64,000 nucleotides of DNA from Vicugna vicugna (lineage: Eukaryota): the NCBI GenBank assembly GCA_013265495.1, contig MU063896.1:5158386-5222385 (forward strand), written 5' to 3'. The notes below the pieces were generated by a model. It searched no databases, had not been told where the DNA came from, and worked only from the letters and a program-made list of their open reading frames with translations. The translations under genes and the position numbers were made by a program. Each line of letters starts with the position of its first letter. The first letter of the stretch is position 1. Below, one piece after another: positions 34,304 to 48,000 of this stretch.

Positions 34304-37300
34304 GGATAGTCTAATGAGCACACTCTATCTCCATTTTACATAGAATGAATCTCAAGTCCAGAACAGCAAATGTCTCAGGATTTTAATGGCAGCCACGTGT
34401 CTGACCCCGCGTCTCCGCTCCTTCCTCTGCACAGCACAGCCTCTGCCTTCACAGCAGTTCCCACTGGAAGGGCATCCCCTGCTGCTTCTGCTGGGTCTAC
34501 TTAGATCCTACGCCTTCATTCTGTACTGGCTCCTCTTTCACATTCCTGCAATTCTCAAGATTCGAATGCCTCAAATTCTTTTAGTTTGAAATGTGTTTGA
34601 TAACTATTTGCTAATTAACTGAAAACCACCAACCACATTTTACATATAAGAGGAAAAAATTTAATGGGCAATATTTCAAATTCTTATCAGCCTTAACCTC
34701 ATATGAAAGTAACATTAAGTATATTGAATTTGGATTACATCAAAAAAGAAGACAGAAAGAATGGAAAAAGCCACATTTGAACAGTTATGACAAATGTGTC
34801 ACAAAAGACCTAGCGTAAAATGTGTAGTCACCAAAAAAGCGGCAGTTTAGTTGGGTTTTGTTGACTACACACTGACAAAGCCCAGCATACCAATCTAGAA
34901 TGGAAAATTAAGGGATACAATATTTGCAGAAAATTTTTTCAGTTCATAAAACCAAATGTTTAAATAATGCAATTACTAGCATCAGAAAAAGAGTCTGGTA
35001 ATTTTAAGCAGAAAGATGTCTTCAAATAAAGCTGGCAAAAACTAGAGTACGCGAGAAAGTGAAAGACACACTTTACATTCCTTCAAAGATTTCTGGTACT
35101 AGTCTGTTGAAAATTCAGAAAACATACAAAAAGCAACCAAGTCCAGACGATCAAATGCAGCGATAGGTTTTTAACCTCTTATAACTCATCTGGTAATGGA
35201 GATAGAACTTACTTATCATAGAATCTGGTGTTTAAAAATTATACTAAATAAGCTTTCTACAGGCAAACATCACCATCCCCACTGAGATGTGCCGTCGTAG
35301 ATAACCACCCCCAAACTAGTCTCAGTATGTTAAAGAATTAATGCTACTATAACCCAAACAACCTAACCAAAGGGGCCTGATTATCAGCTAATCACATACA
35401 GAAAATGTGTAGTTTTTTAAAAAATGCAGATACCAGACTAAACACAGACCTTAATAGGAACACAGTTCAACATGAAGATACAAGATGCCTAGATGGGTGA
35501 CTTTGGGAGTCAAATAAAAATGTTCAAGGGGAGGTGGAAAGTGGCTGAAGGCCAGCTTAGTTTTGCCAAGGCCTAAGCACAAGGTAAGACATCGTCACCA
35601 ACACCTGAGAAAGGAAAAACAGAACAGAACAAAACGCCTGTCTAGCAGCTTCCAATAAACTTACTCTTGACTCTTCCTCTACAGTCCCATTCTGAAACCA
35701 AGCAGGTTTTAACCAAGTAATCCTACTAAGTAACTTATAATATACTTTCTAAGTATCAAAAGAAATCATTAATTCCATAATTAGATGCTCTTTGCTGCAA
35801 TGTTCAACAACAAAAGCTGCCACTCAGAATGAACTCAGTTACTTTTGGAGTTACCATTTGAGAAATGACCCCAGGTAACGATTACATAAATTCCACAAGA
35901 TTTTTTTTAAAAACCTTACTTTTACTTTATAAATTCATCTAAAATACTATAATAAGACATATGAGTAAAACTTCACAGATACAAGTCTTTATTTAAAAAA
36001 AACTTTCTAAAGTAAAGTATTTTTCAGACATTGGAAAGTGAATTATTACAATAATCAAATAGCACTCTTACGTAGGTAGAAAAATAGGAAAGAAGCCATT
36101 TTAAATTCAAAATAGCAACCAAAAAGGAGGAAAAAAGGAAAGAAACCCTTCAAAAAGAATGAAAAAAAAGCTTTCTTAAAAACAAAAGCTTCATATCACT
36201 CTAAGCTTTATTTTTGTTTCTTATAGATCAGTGAAGTCTTTAGGTAATAAAATAAAATATTACCAAATAGTGATAGCCACACATAATTCTGTTTCCTATT
36301 TAATTTTGAAAAACCTTTCCTTTAAAAAAAAGGAGAAGAGAAGAAAGAAGTTTCTTCTGAAACTTCTGATTTAACTTCAAAGTCTTTTTAAAAACCTCAA
36401 TCCTCCCAGAATGGAAAGTGTTCACCTGTGACCTTCTGCCTGGATTTCTTCGCTGAATCTACTGAAAGTACAGTGTGGGGCTCAAATAGAAACTGGAGTC
36501 CCTACTCTTCTCATCACTTGATAAGAGAAGAAACAAAAGTGGCTTTTAGCTCTAATTCACCCAGAAAACAATTCTTTGTATACCTTTGTTACAGGAAACT
36601 CCAGGAAACAAATGGTCCTTGTACTTCTCTGTGCTAGGTAGAAACTACATACATTTTGCCAATCAAATTATTTTCAGAAAAAATGAACAGCCTCTGACCA
36701 AGCAAAACAAAAACTAGGGAAGCAAAGAATAAAGCCAGGCTCAATTTCTAAAAAGTCCCCTAACCTAAGAGAACTACTTAATACCAGCAAGATCCTCCAG
36801 AAAATTGCCACCACCAGATTCAGCTCCCCAAGGGCAATAATAGGGAAATCGTGACACTTAAACTTGATGGGTATAAAGGCCTTGCGGGTCATTCTTCCCC
36901 AAATCAACACAGTCCTTATATTAACTCAGACTCAATCATCACAACCTGTATTCATAGAAAGCTTTATTTTTCCACAAAATGTCTGCATATATATTATCTT
37001 AAGTTGATGGTAAATACTTGAAGAGCTTAGAAATAGCCTCCATAAATTCTAAGTTATCCAATACATCCTTGAAGGACTCGGAGTAAATTTCCATCTGGGC
37101 ATAATATGTGATTTCTTTGGCTTCCTTTCCAAGTCTCCCCCTTCTATGTACTTTGTAATCCATCCTTTGAACTGCTAGATATAAATACTTACAGTTTAGT
37201 ACAGCTTAGTTCAAAAACCATTTATTTGTCCTAGACCCTAGGTTACAAACATATATGTGTACAGAGTGTTCCTTCTCTCATGAAACTAGGGACTAGCTTT

Positions 37301-37469
37301 GATAACGTGATCACTAGTAAGACAGTTGCAGGAAATGCTACAGCAGCGCAGAAGATGGGCACTGGATCCACCTTGGGGCTTCAGGAATTTGAGCTAAGTC
37401 TTTAAAAATCTCTTTAAAAGTTTTTAAAATTTTGTTTATCCCTTTCTTTTCTAATTACTAAAATAATAC

Positions 37470-37920
37470 ATTTCCATTACAGAAAATTTGAAAAACACAA
37501 ACAGCTGACAATCACAATCCATCTTTAAACCTGCCAATCAGGAATAAGCACTTAACATTTCAGTATATTCCCTTCTGGTCTTTTCCTTTGGGCCTATATG
37601 AGTTTATGTGTGTGTATTTTTCACATTTAGGAAACTGTATACATATAACCATACAAACAATGTTTCGTATATGTTGTGAAAAAATACACTTTTATTCAAT
37701 CATCATTACAATCTTATGTTTCTCCACATCAGTCTTAAAAGGGAAACCTCCAAAACTATGATTGAAAGTTGTATAACTTAACATCTCATGAATGTACCAT
37801 AATTTGTAACATTCTCCTATTATGAAAGCATTAGGGTTTTACTTTTCTCATTAATTGATACTATATATAATCCTGCTTGGACAGCCTTAAATGTATTTTT
37901 TTATCCAAATTTGCTTGTTT
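37470..37920 (-). mobile_element. L1ME-like antisense fragment
   Basis: T-rich block with cacttaacatttcagtatattcc, gaatgtaccataattt..aacattctcctatt and ttccccacacc..c motifs typical of antisense old L1. Confidence 0.5.
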
Positions 37921-40099
37921 CCCACACCCACCTACAGTGTGTATTGTGGAAGCATCGCCTCCCAGGACACAATTCATCTCTATCACTCCTAGTGCTTCCT
38001 GTACCATTGTTTGTGGGGGAGGAGGGCACTGCAACTTCCTAAAGGATGTATGAGAAGAGGTGTTGCCAGCAACTATGCCGATTGTCTCAAGGAACATCTA
38101 GCTTCTGAGCAGCAAGAGTCTGAGCTCAGGCATATGGAAGAGGCAGATGTGTCTCCCTACCTGCTCTCAAATGAAAAGGCTGACTCTGCTTCATAAGGCT
38201 GAGTGTGGGATGCCTCCCCCTGCTTTTCTCCATCTCCTTCCCCATACTGGGGCACTGCGTTAGCTGCCAGTCAGCTTGGACGGCTGAGGGTTTTCATCTT
38301 ACTTTATTTTTATAGGTATTTTAGGAAGGTGCTAGCAGTTATTACACAGTTATACTTTATTGCCATTTCTAACTAACATTCCAAGTAAGCCTTGGAAAAT
38401 GCATAGCAGTTAGCCAGGTAAAGATGGATGAGAAAGGACTTCCTGAGAGTCTCAACAGTATGAGCAAGGTAACCAGAGTAGAAATGTGCTATAGGCAGTT
38501 CTCTAATGCATCAACTTAGAGGAGGGAGGGGCAAGACACAAGGCTGGAAACAGGAAGGGTAGTCAGGTCAGAGGTTCTACAAGCCCTTCAAAGGACCTTG
38601 GGCCCTAACGCAAGGTGAACCAGGGCTGCGCTCAGATGGATAACTTTGCTATGACCGGAATTAAGAGGAAGGACCAACTGTAAGGCTAATGGAAGTCCCA
38701 AAGAGAGAGATTATGAGACCTGAACTCAGGCTATGAGAATACAGAGAAGGAAAAATCAGCTGGAGCAGGACGCAGATTTAGTTATGTGCATTCTTTGCTG
38801 GTTTCACATTTTCTATCTCCAGCCTTAATGTGCTCCCAGAACACATGTCGCATCAAAGCTCAGGTCAGGGCTACATAATTCTCAGTACAAGAAGGAAGCA
38901 CACGTATCCTAAGGGCTTCACAATTATTTCTGCTGGTTACGAGGGTGGTCACAACTCCGATGGCTGGAAGGTTCCAAACAGCACAGAAAGTACAACCACA
39001 TATCAGTATCAGCACCGGACAGCAGGGAAAAACACTTGTGCTTCTTCAGGAAAAAAAGAAAAAAGTGAAGGAGCAGCTTCAAGGCAGGCGGCTGTGAAGC
39101 GTTTCCCCACCGCTGTGCATTGCATCAGTCTTAAGGAGACCACGTGGGCTTAGCTGCACACATAAAAATGGTTTCATTAAAAGCCTCCAGTCATTCATTT
39201 TGCTTATTAAAGCCACTCCACAATGATATTCACAATGGAAATCTTAGCTGTCCCTAGCAATGACACTAAAATACAATTAATTCCACTTCCCGAGGAGTTG
39301 CTAGGTATGCGCTTGAGGTATCGTGTTAATTGCCACTGCTTCATACCGTGGCTTCAATTAGGAATCAAAATGGGACCAAGGCAAACATGGATCCCACTAA
39401 GTTCCAGAAGACTTAAAACTGAAGTTTTTCCCCCAACCATCCTCTTAACAATGATTATAAAAGCAGAGGACTGCATCTGGGGAGCTACAGTGACATCCAG
39501 TGGCTGTGAAGTGAAACACACCTTTTACAAAATGGCTTGCTGCATCATGAGAGAAGGGGATTTACTGACATGCTGATATTTTAAATCCCGTGTCTATAAA
39601 ACCGTGTGTACAACTAGAAGCTCATCATAACACGACCCAAAATCAGGCACATAAGCGATTCATAGCAAAACCAGGATGTATAGCTGCCTTCGATGATTTA
39701 CTCCACCTATGAAAATTCTCAGCAGCATATATTAATAATTATGGACAGAGGGTATGAAATAGTGGTATTGTACTCAAAGTTCTAAATGTCATACTGCCAT
39801 TCACATTGTGTATAAATTCAAGAATAAGTCATTTACAAAGCACTTCCTCTGTTATAAAGTGGACCAGGTTGGATCAGTTTGATCCCAATAATTTCAGTAC
39901 TACCTTGGTAAGGAAGGTTTATCCGAAAGTGTTCTTGAGGGTTCGAAATTTAAATTTGTGTTTATAGCATGCAAGAGAGAGAGAGATGGAGGGTGAGACA
40001 GACAAACTAACCACATGATCCTGAAAACAGCTGCCTGACCTACTGGGGTGAGGAAAAAACAAACTTGCTTCCACAGAAAATGTATATACTTGAGAATCT

Positions 40100-40270
40100 G
40101 ACAAGACCTAGATATGTACTAGGTTTGACTCTGGACCAGGAATTTTATCATCAATTCTCTGTATTCTTATATGTAAAATGGAGATTAAAAAACATGCCTT
40201 CAGGACTGCTGTGAGAGCATCTATCAAGATGAACGTGAAACCTCTCACGAGGTACCCTGCATGTATAAGA
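40100..40270 (+). mobile_element. MIR fragment
   Basis: tcaattctctgtattcttatatgtaaaatggagatta...caggactgctgtgagagcat...gtgaaacc. Confidence 0.55.
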
Positions 40271-40804
40271 TGCACGTTAGCAGCTATCGCATGTATGCAT
40301 TCATACTAAAAATACCAAAGATTCAAGTTTTCTTTGCCACAGAAAGTGTCACTCTGAAAACAGACTTTAGGCTCCATAACCCTATCATATTTTGTATGTC
40401 ATGTGCTCTTCCTTCTGAGTTTAGTAATTTGTGTTGTGCTTTAATGGGTCAGAAGCAACAAGAGTAGCCATCTGTTAACAACATAGAATGTCTCTGAAAC
40501 TTTCCTAAGCTTATCTGGGATACTGAAGCGAACTACAGTGCAGAAAACCCCCAACTCTCGTCTCTCCCCTAAGTCAAATGTTCTTGCCTACAAGGCTTCA
40601 GGATCCCACCAAGACTCAGCCCCGTAAGTGTGCAGACCAGGGCGTGAAGGCACTACAACAGGGCATGCACAGTTAGCAGAGATGAGAGATGGGCAGGGAT
40701 AAAGCCAGGCAGTCACAGGTAGTTTGATGTAAAAGCAAAACATCGTTGCTTAGCCTCCAAATGGTCAAAATTTGTATTTGAGTCTTCTTAGTAGTAGCCT
40801 TTAA

Positions 40805-41405
40805 GTCAGATCAGATCACACTGCTCTCCGATGCAAAGACCTCCAGTTACATTTCCCCTCACTCAGTGTAAAAGACAAGACCCCTCCACAGCCTGGGAGG
40901 CCCTGCACGAGCTGGCTCTGTGGTGGCTCCACGCAGTCGCCCCCCATCACTTTCCACTTATGACTCCACTTTCAAAGTGCTGGCCTCGTGGTTGCTTCCA
41001 GAACACCAAGCATGCTGCCACACCTGGGCCTTCCCACTTGAAGTTTCCTCTGTCTAGAATGATCTTCCTCCACTGCAGTGCAAGAGCTGCTCCTGTCTGC
41101 TCCAGGGCTCTACTTGGACATCATGCCTCCAGGGACACCCTCCCTCTCTACTTAAAGCGCATCTTCCACTCACGGCCCACACTCCCTATCCCTCTTTCCT
41201 GCCCTCCTTTTCTCCCTGCTGCTGATCATCACCTAAGGGAGTATGACACATTTCAGTCATGTATCTCTCGTCTTTCTCCTCCCACTAAAATGCAGACTCA
41301 CAAGGGCAGTGTTTTTGTCTATTGTGTTCATACTGCACACCCCGAGCCACACACACACACACAATGATTGGTGCAAAACAGTCAATAAATATTTGCTAAA
41401 CTGAG
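40805..41405 (+). mobile_element. L2a 3' end (about 600 nt)
   Basis: tcagatcacactgctc...aaagacctcca...cagaacaccaagcatgct.ccacacctgggcctt...cagtcaataaatatttg, the canonical L2 terminus. Confidence 0.85.
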
Positions 41406-43255
41406 GAAAGGAACAGGGAGAGGCAGAGAGAGTTCCTAGGTTTGGAGGAATCTGTAAAGTGAAAAGAAAAGAAAAAAAAAACAAAGAAAAATACTCAGGG
41501 TTTTTTTAAGAGCACACACATACAAAAGAAGGTAGCCTACAAAAGTGAACACACAGGATAGAGATTATGTTAAAGTAAAGAAACTAAAAATAGTTATCTT
41601 AGTGTTGTGAAATTATGGATAACACCACTGTTTACTTCTTACACCTTTATTTCTAAGTTATCTACAATGAGCTGAATTGTTTTTGTATTAAAAATATTTT
41701 TTAAGTAATAGACCACCTCTTCACTTTTAGAATCTTATTCATTGAAAACTCACTATTTTGATCAAAGAGAGGTCAAGAATGTCTCCTGAACAATATACAG
41801 CGCTCACTAGCTGGTCACCAAAGCTTTGGCAAATGGTTTGTCCTTTGGCTCTTTATGTCAATAGCACTTGAAGACTACAGTTGAATGTGGTGATGCTTCC
41901 TTCTATTGACAAAAGGATCTGCTGCTGTACATCATATTTAAGAGGCAGAAACACCCCACTATAGTTCTTTTCATTCATGTTAATATGCAAATTGCAAAAA
42001 AGTTACCTAATATCACTATTAGGTTGAATAGATATTGCAGGAGTATTTATAAGCTACATTAACAGACAGATAAAATTCAAAAACACATCCGTTTTATATT
42101 TGATACTGAGGAAGATCACAGCACTTTAATAGTGGTTATTCTCTTGTTATATTGTTAGATAAAGAGGTAAAAGAAAGAAAAAGAAAAAAAACTGTTCCTC
42201 AAGAGTTTAGATGGATATTCATTAATTATTATCATCTAACATTTCAGTGAGTCCTTACAGAAATGAAGCAGCAGATTAAAAAAAAAGAAACAGAAGATGG
42301 TAAATCTAATACACACTAGTATTTTGGTAATATTAATGTCTACAATTTTTTTTTACTGTTTAAAGATATTATCTGAGTAAAAAGCAAAAGCAAAAAAAAA
42401 AAAAAAGAACACAAAAAAGCTCTGGAACTAAATTTCTTTCTCATAAGCTTTGGTCTAATGCATGGTTAATGAAGCCATGGTACAATATTCTCACATCTTT
42501 GATTTTATTTCAGCAGTTTCCAGAAAATACAATAATGGAGAAATATATTTCCATTCAATGGCTAAAAGTTTAAACTCAGTATGTAGCTCAAATTAATTCT
42601 CAATGTTCCATTTTAAGCCTCTACATTAAAAGACTTGCACAAGTCTTTTTATTCCTTACTATAAATTGTGGTAGTCTCCATGAAAACTGCTGCTTGATTT
42701 ACGGAGTAGATTTTATTACTGAACTTCAAGCCATTTGTTAGGGATAAATCGTAGTGACTATAACTCCAAAAATGTTTAATGATTTTTAAAGCCTCTCCAA
42801 AAGAAAAATTTAAGAGTATAAAATACTGTAATTATACATTATGCTAATTAAGAGCTGTATTTCTAGAAGCATATGTGAACACAATAGTTTGGAATTATGG
42901 CAGATATCTATTGAGAGTTAACACCACACTTCTAAGAGATTAATGATCATGAATAGAACTTAAATTAGTCACAAATGGCAATGAAGGAAATACATGTTGA
43001 ACCTTTTCTGCCCTACGAAGGCGAGACAGCCAGTCGCATGGACCAGCGTAGCATACCTTCAGAATTCAGGTTTTCTTGGCAGGTATAACTCGGCTGTCGA
43101 GATCAGCTGACATGTTGTAGCTCATCAACTATCAAACGGGGGTTGGGGGGTGGGTTGGGGTCCTGAATTCTTGTGGAGACTGTCGAACTATCCAGGCTTC
43201 TTTTCCACAGGCTTCACTTTGTCCCCTCCCTGAGGTTCTGACATATCCCAGGACA

Positions 43256-43660
43256 GCAGTCTTCAAACTGGAAGTGCTACAAACACTTTCTGAATGGTTC
43301 AGGGAATGCAAGGACCTTTAAACGAACCACTTTCCAGAATCGTTTAAAAACGGATCCTCCTAAGAAATACCTTTTCTGCCAACATCATCTTTATTCCATT
43401 TCATAAGACAAAGGCAAACTTCTCATCCCAATTGAACCTTACTTTGGCACACTGCTCTGGGGTGTAAACTCTCTATGTACCAAACAAAGGAAAAATGTTA
43501 TATATTGGTAGCTAGCTATGCAAGAAAGTGAATGACTCTCATGACTATAAAATTCTCAATTATTTAAGCAAATTGAAGGAACAAATTGCACTGTCATTGA
43601 TGAATCATTTAAAGTAACTTTGATGATTTATTACTAACAGTTGTTTGACACAGAAAGCAA
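43256..43660 (+). mobile_element. hAT-Charlie (Charlie4-like) 5' fragment
   Basis: cagcagtcttcaaactgg start and ctctggggtgtaaactc...accaaacaaagg...tattgg...agaaagtgaatgactc resemble the recalled Charlie4 sequence. Confidence 0.5.
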
Positions 43661-43665
43661 AGGAG

Positions 43666-44152
43666 TTGGTGGCAGGATAAATAATAACTCCCGAAAGATG
43701 TCCACATCTTAATTCCTGGAACCTGTGACTGTTGCCTCACATGGTAAAAACAACAAAACAAAACTTTGCAGATATGATTGATTTCAGGATCTTGAAAGGA
43801 GGAGATCATCCTGAATTATTCGGGGTAAACCCTAAATGCTACTCTTCTTAGACAGGTAGAAGGAGACCACACACAGACAGAAGAGAACACAGCACGGCCA
43901 TGGAGGCAAAGAGGAGAGAAAGGCAGCCGTAAGCCAAGGACTGCCCGCGGCCACAAGACGCTACAAGAGGCAAGGAATGGATTCTCTCCGAGAGCCTCCA
44001 GAGGGAGTGCTTCCCTGCAGACGCCTTGATTTTAACCCAGTGTCACTGAATTCAGACTTCTGGCCTCCAGAACTGTGAGAAAATAAACTTAGATTGTTTC
44101 AAGTCAGCAAGTCCGTGATAATTTGTTATAGCAGCCAAGAGAAGCTAATACA
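43666..44152 (+). mobile_element. MLT1C/D-like solo LTR, near full length
   Basis: aagatgtccacatcttaattcctggaacctgtga ... gacttctggcctccagaactgtgagaaaataaa ... ataatttgttatagcagcc..gagaagctaataca. Confidence 0.9.
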
Positions 44153-44564
44153 GAATTCAAAGAACAGAATGGAGTTGCCATAACAAACTCCTTCCTTTCT
44201 CATCTGCTTACTGGAAACAGTAGTATCTGCAAAAAGTAAGAAGGGGAGACAAAACCATTGCCAAACTCTGTCTCACTCAAACAGAAGAATAAAAATTCTT
44301 TATAACCTATTAAAAGATTTGAGGAAAAAAACCTCTACGGTTCACAGTACAAAGATGCATTTCCAGTTGGCAAAAAAATAAGATTGCTTTTTATGTTTAT
44401 GACTTTAAAAATGTGAAATTACTTATTTCTTCAAGAAAAATTGGGGGTGTACACTCTCATAAGGAGAACCACCACTGAGGATACTTCTCATGTCTGCACT
44501 ACAATCAACACAAAAAGTAGTTCAAATAGGAGCTTATTTTATTAACCTCTCAATACATGTTCAT

Positions 44565-44656
44565 TGTGCTACTAAAGATTATTCTGAAAGATTAATATGA
44601 ATTAGTACTACTAAAGATTATTATGTGCTACCAAAGATTATTATAAAAGATTATGA
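44565..44656. repeat. Degenerate short tandem array with five AAAGATTA copies
   Basis: tgtgctactaaagattatt / ctgaaagattaa / tactactaaagattatta / tgtgctaccaaagattatta / taaaagattatg read directly. Confidence 0.85.
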
Positions 44657-44921
44657 AACTTTAGACCCTATGGTTTAGCTCCCAAATTTCCATAGGTCAT
44701 AAATGATGAGAGGTGTAAATTTATAATATTTCTATCCTCATTTCCATTTTGTGCTACTTTATTTTTCTCTCAATCACCAACACCAAAAATAAAGAATAAA
44801 GAAAAGGACTATTCATCATTGTGCTCTGTTTGTTTTTCTACAAGTGAAGGAAATCTTTGCCATATGATCAAAACTATCAGGGACAGAGAAGCAGTGCTAT
44901 GCTATGATTTTATATCCTTAC

Positions 44922-45078
44922 CTAGACCTATGTGAGGCAGGTGCTCAAAAAGGGTCCAGCTGTGGTCATCAATGTAATGATTCTTCAGGATCAACAGCTG
45001 GCAAACATCTCGGGCAGTTATGTCACTGGGTACCTCTAAAGCCCTGCTGGTTTCATCTTCACTGTATACTTTAATTAC
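44922..45078 (-). CDS. GRB14: GRB14 exon 3 (157 nt), RA domain N-terminal part: [52 protein letters not shown]
   Basis: Acceptor ttcttatttctacctacacag|GTAATT, donor CTAG|gtaagg, phase 0 to 1. Peptide matches recalled GRB14. Confidence 0.97.
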
Positions 45079-45499
45079 CTGTGTAGGTAGAAATAAGAAA
45101 ATGAGCTAAAATAGTCTATTAAAAATATCATTCTAGTAAGTCATCAAACTTATTGGTTGAGCTAATTATATGAATTCCTTACACAGTTTCTTGTACATCT
45201 AAGTTTCTTACACATTGAGTGAATGGTGCCCATCCAGGACTTGTTAACATGTGTCAAAGTCACTTTGTCCAACAACTTCCACTCCTCTTCAGTGTCTAAA
45301 CTTGAGGCCATTCAATGACCCATCAGTGTCATTTCCCTTTTAGTAAAAAGCTACGTATCTCTTATCAATATTTTAAACTTTCCATTCCATATTTAAATCT
45401 GTAAATAATCCAAGTAACATAGGTAATTTACTCCCAGACATACAAGTAGTAACAGCAGTAAATAGAATATAAAAATTTCTCTATTTCAGGTTATAGAAA

Positions 45500-45888
45500 T
45501 GTTGGCAAAGACTGGCTAGATGTTCACCAAATCCTCTTTCTTTCCTGCCTTGCAATTAGTTGTATCTATGGGATTGAGTTTTAGTCAATGGGATGTAGGC
45601 ACATGCAGTGTTGCACTTCCAGGCTCAGTCCATAAAAATCTCCCGTATACTGTCATCCATTCTCTTTACATCACCTCCCACTGAACGGAAATAAGGACAA
45701 GGACCTAGAGGAGAGGAAAACCACAAGACAGAAGGAGCCTCTGTCTCTGGATGACCACAACGAAGGTGCCCAACTAGGAACGCCCATATGAAACTTTGAC
45801 ATGAGCAAGAAATAAACTTTTACTGGGTCACCTCACCATGAATTTGTACTTACCTATTATGGCAGCAAACATTACCCTACATCATACA
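45500..45888 (+). mobile_element. MLT1 (I/J-like) LTR
   Basis: tgttggcaaagactggctagatgttcaccaaatcc ... ctttgacatgagcaagaaataaactt ... gcagcaaacattaccctac. Confidence 0.7.
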
Positions 45889-46707
45889 GAATTAGAGACT
45901 TTCATACACAACACTCCCCTCAACATTTACCAAGTTGTGCTATGTGCTAGAATTTCCACTATGAACTATGCTATGTCATACATTAAACAGATTAATTATA
46001 GTAAGCTAATTATCTATGAAAATAGTACAGTAAGATCAACATACACACACAAAAGTGAGAAATCATAAGAAAATTCAGTATGAAAAATGCAACTGTTATG
46101 AAAATATAGACATGGAGATATTTTTAGTAATTCAAACAATGAAAATTAAAATGATGTATCAATTCCTTCCTATTGATTATTTTTCTAATTACATGTAATG
46201 ACAGTGGAATGCAATAGTTGCTCTCTTACAATAACAGAAATGATATAAGTGAACCATTTTGTACACTTACTGGAAAGTATTAATCAAAAGCATCGAAAGG
46301 TCTATTCCTTTCACTCAGTCATTTCACTTAGGCAAACTATCTCAACAAATCTGTCCTAAATGTGGAAAATAGCTTTAGGTACAGACACGTCCAGCAAAGT
46401 ATCATGTATCATTCTATCAATCTAAATATTCAACACCAAAAGAATGGCAAACTACAGTACTTTCACAAAGTGGAATATTATATGCTGCTTAAAATGTTAT
46501 TCAAGGAAATGATATAAGAACTTAAAAAAAAATTCTTAAGTAAGAATTTGACACTGAAGTAGATGTTATGCAGTACAGTGCAGACTTACTGGACTGGCTA
46601 CCAGGAAGCTACCCCTCTTCTAACAGCATCCTGGTTGTCCTTCAGAGAACCACTCCCTCCCTTACTATCAGTCTTTGTGATTCCAGCAGCTCTACCTTCA
46701 GCTCTTC

Positions 46708-46890
46708 CATGCTGTGTGGAGCTGCTGGAACTGGCCTGTTCAGAGTTGATGGTTAAACATTCAGGAACTTTGCAAGCCAGGCATCTTGAAATCAGCCATG
46801 GTGGGAGTACACATACCAAAGAAGTTGACAAATGCTACAAAAAAAGGCCTTCAAAATTTTTTTTACAGCCAGTTTACCAGTGCATGACTG
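46708..46890 (+). mobile_element. MER63A-like hAT-Blackjack MITE
   Basis: gttaaacattcaggaactttgcaagcc...cttgaaatcagccatggtgggagta...aaatgctacaaa...gccagtttaccag.gca.gactg. Confidence 0.75.
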
Positions 46891-47299
46891 CCTCAGCTCC
46901 ACAAAGAAGATGTTCTTCAGACTGATCAATCAGCACCCAGAATCCCTCAAGCAGGAGCGATTATTATCAGACATGGCACAGGACCTAATCAGAGCCACTC
47001 AGAGGCCATTATGTGAACATCTATTCATATAACCATAAAGTGAGACTTCTTTTCTACTGACAGATGTAGGGTGAAGCTGTTACTGTTCACAAAGAGAAAG
47101 ACTGCGGAAAAATGGGGCACACGTGGAGTAAACCATGCCAAGAGATGAAAAGAGTCCTGAGAATATCATTGGGCCCCTGAATCAAGAAACATCTGAATTC
47201 TTTGTGTTCTTACCACATGTGTGCCAAGAGGCTGTAAGCTTCTAATGGTAATACCCACCTACCTATCTGCTTTGTTCTAGCCGTGGACCTTTCCCAGTT

Positions 47300-48000
47300 C
47301 ATTCTCCATACTGCTAGCAGAACAAACTTTCTAATAGCAGGTCAGATCAGGTTGTTGTTCTACTAAAATTCTTCAATGGCTCTTTGTTGTTCTAACTCAA
47401 GCAACTCATTGTGCTTATTAAGACCCCATGCAAAGTGCACGACCTCTTCTAAGTGTTTTAATATAAGGCTGTTGTCGACAGAGATGGTTGTTGCCCTCAG
47501 AGAGTTAAAGTCTAGTGGGGAAAGCGGTATTAAAAAACAATAATTACAAAGTAGGGCATAAAAAAGCAGTATGCTACTAAATCATAAAATGGGGGGTTGG
47601 GAGAGGCCTGAAAGATACCCAGGAAAAAGTGATATTCAAGCCAAGACCTGAAGGAGGAGTGGGCAGTAGCTAGACAAAGAGAGAGTAAGAACATTTCAGG
47701 CTAAGGGAACAGAAGCCATGCAAAGTCCCTGGGGCAAGAAGAAACTTGGCAGGTTCTAAGGATTAAGAGAAGTCAGGGATGGCAGGAGCAGCAAACAGGG
47801 AGAATCGTCCTAAGGAAACTGAAGCTGTAAGCATGACGATGGCAACAGGATTGTAAGATCCTAAGTTCAGAAATGACTTAAGAGTCATAGAACTGATAGG
47901 TGGTAAACAAACACCTGGACATGGACACATCTGCCAAGGGAGAAAAGGAAGAAGCATGAGAAAAAAAAGAACCTAGGACTGAACCTTGAAAAATTCCAAT
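47300..48000. mobile_element. L2 fragments (plus about 47300-47430, minus about 47450-48000)
   Basis: tcagatcaggtt...cttcaatggctc, then a purine-rich antisense L2-like block (ttcaagccaagacctgaagga). Confidence 0.55.

Noticed and set aside
40831-41367. Longest ORF in the track (178 aa, plus strand)
   Set aside because: It lies wholly within a decayed L2a 3' fragment, has no recognisable domain and is antisense within a GRB14 intron.
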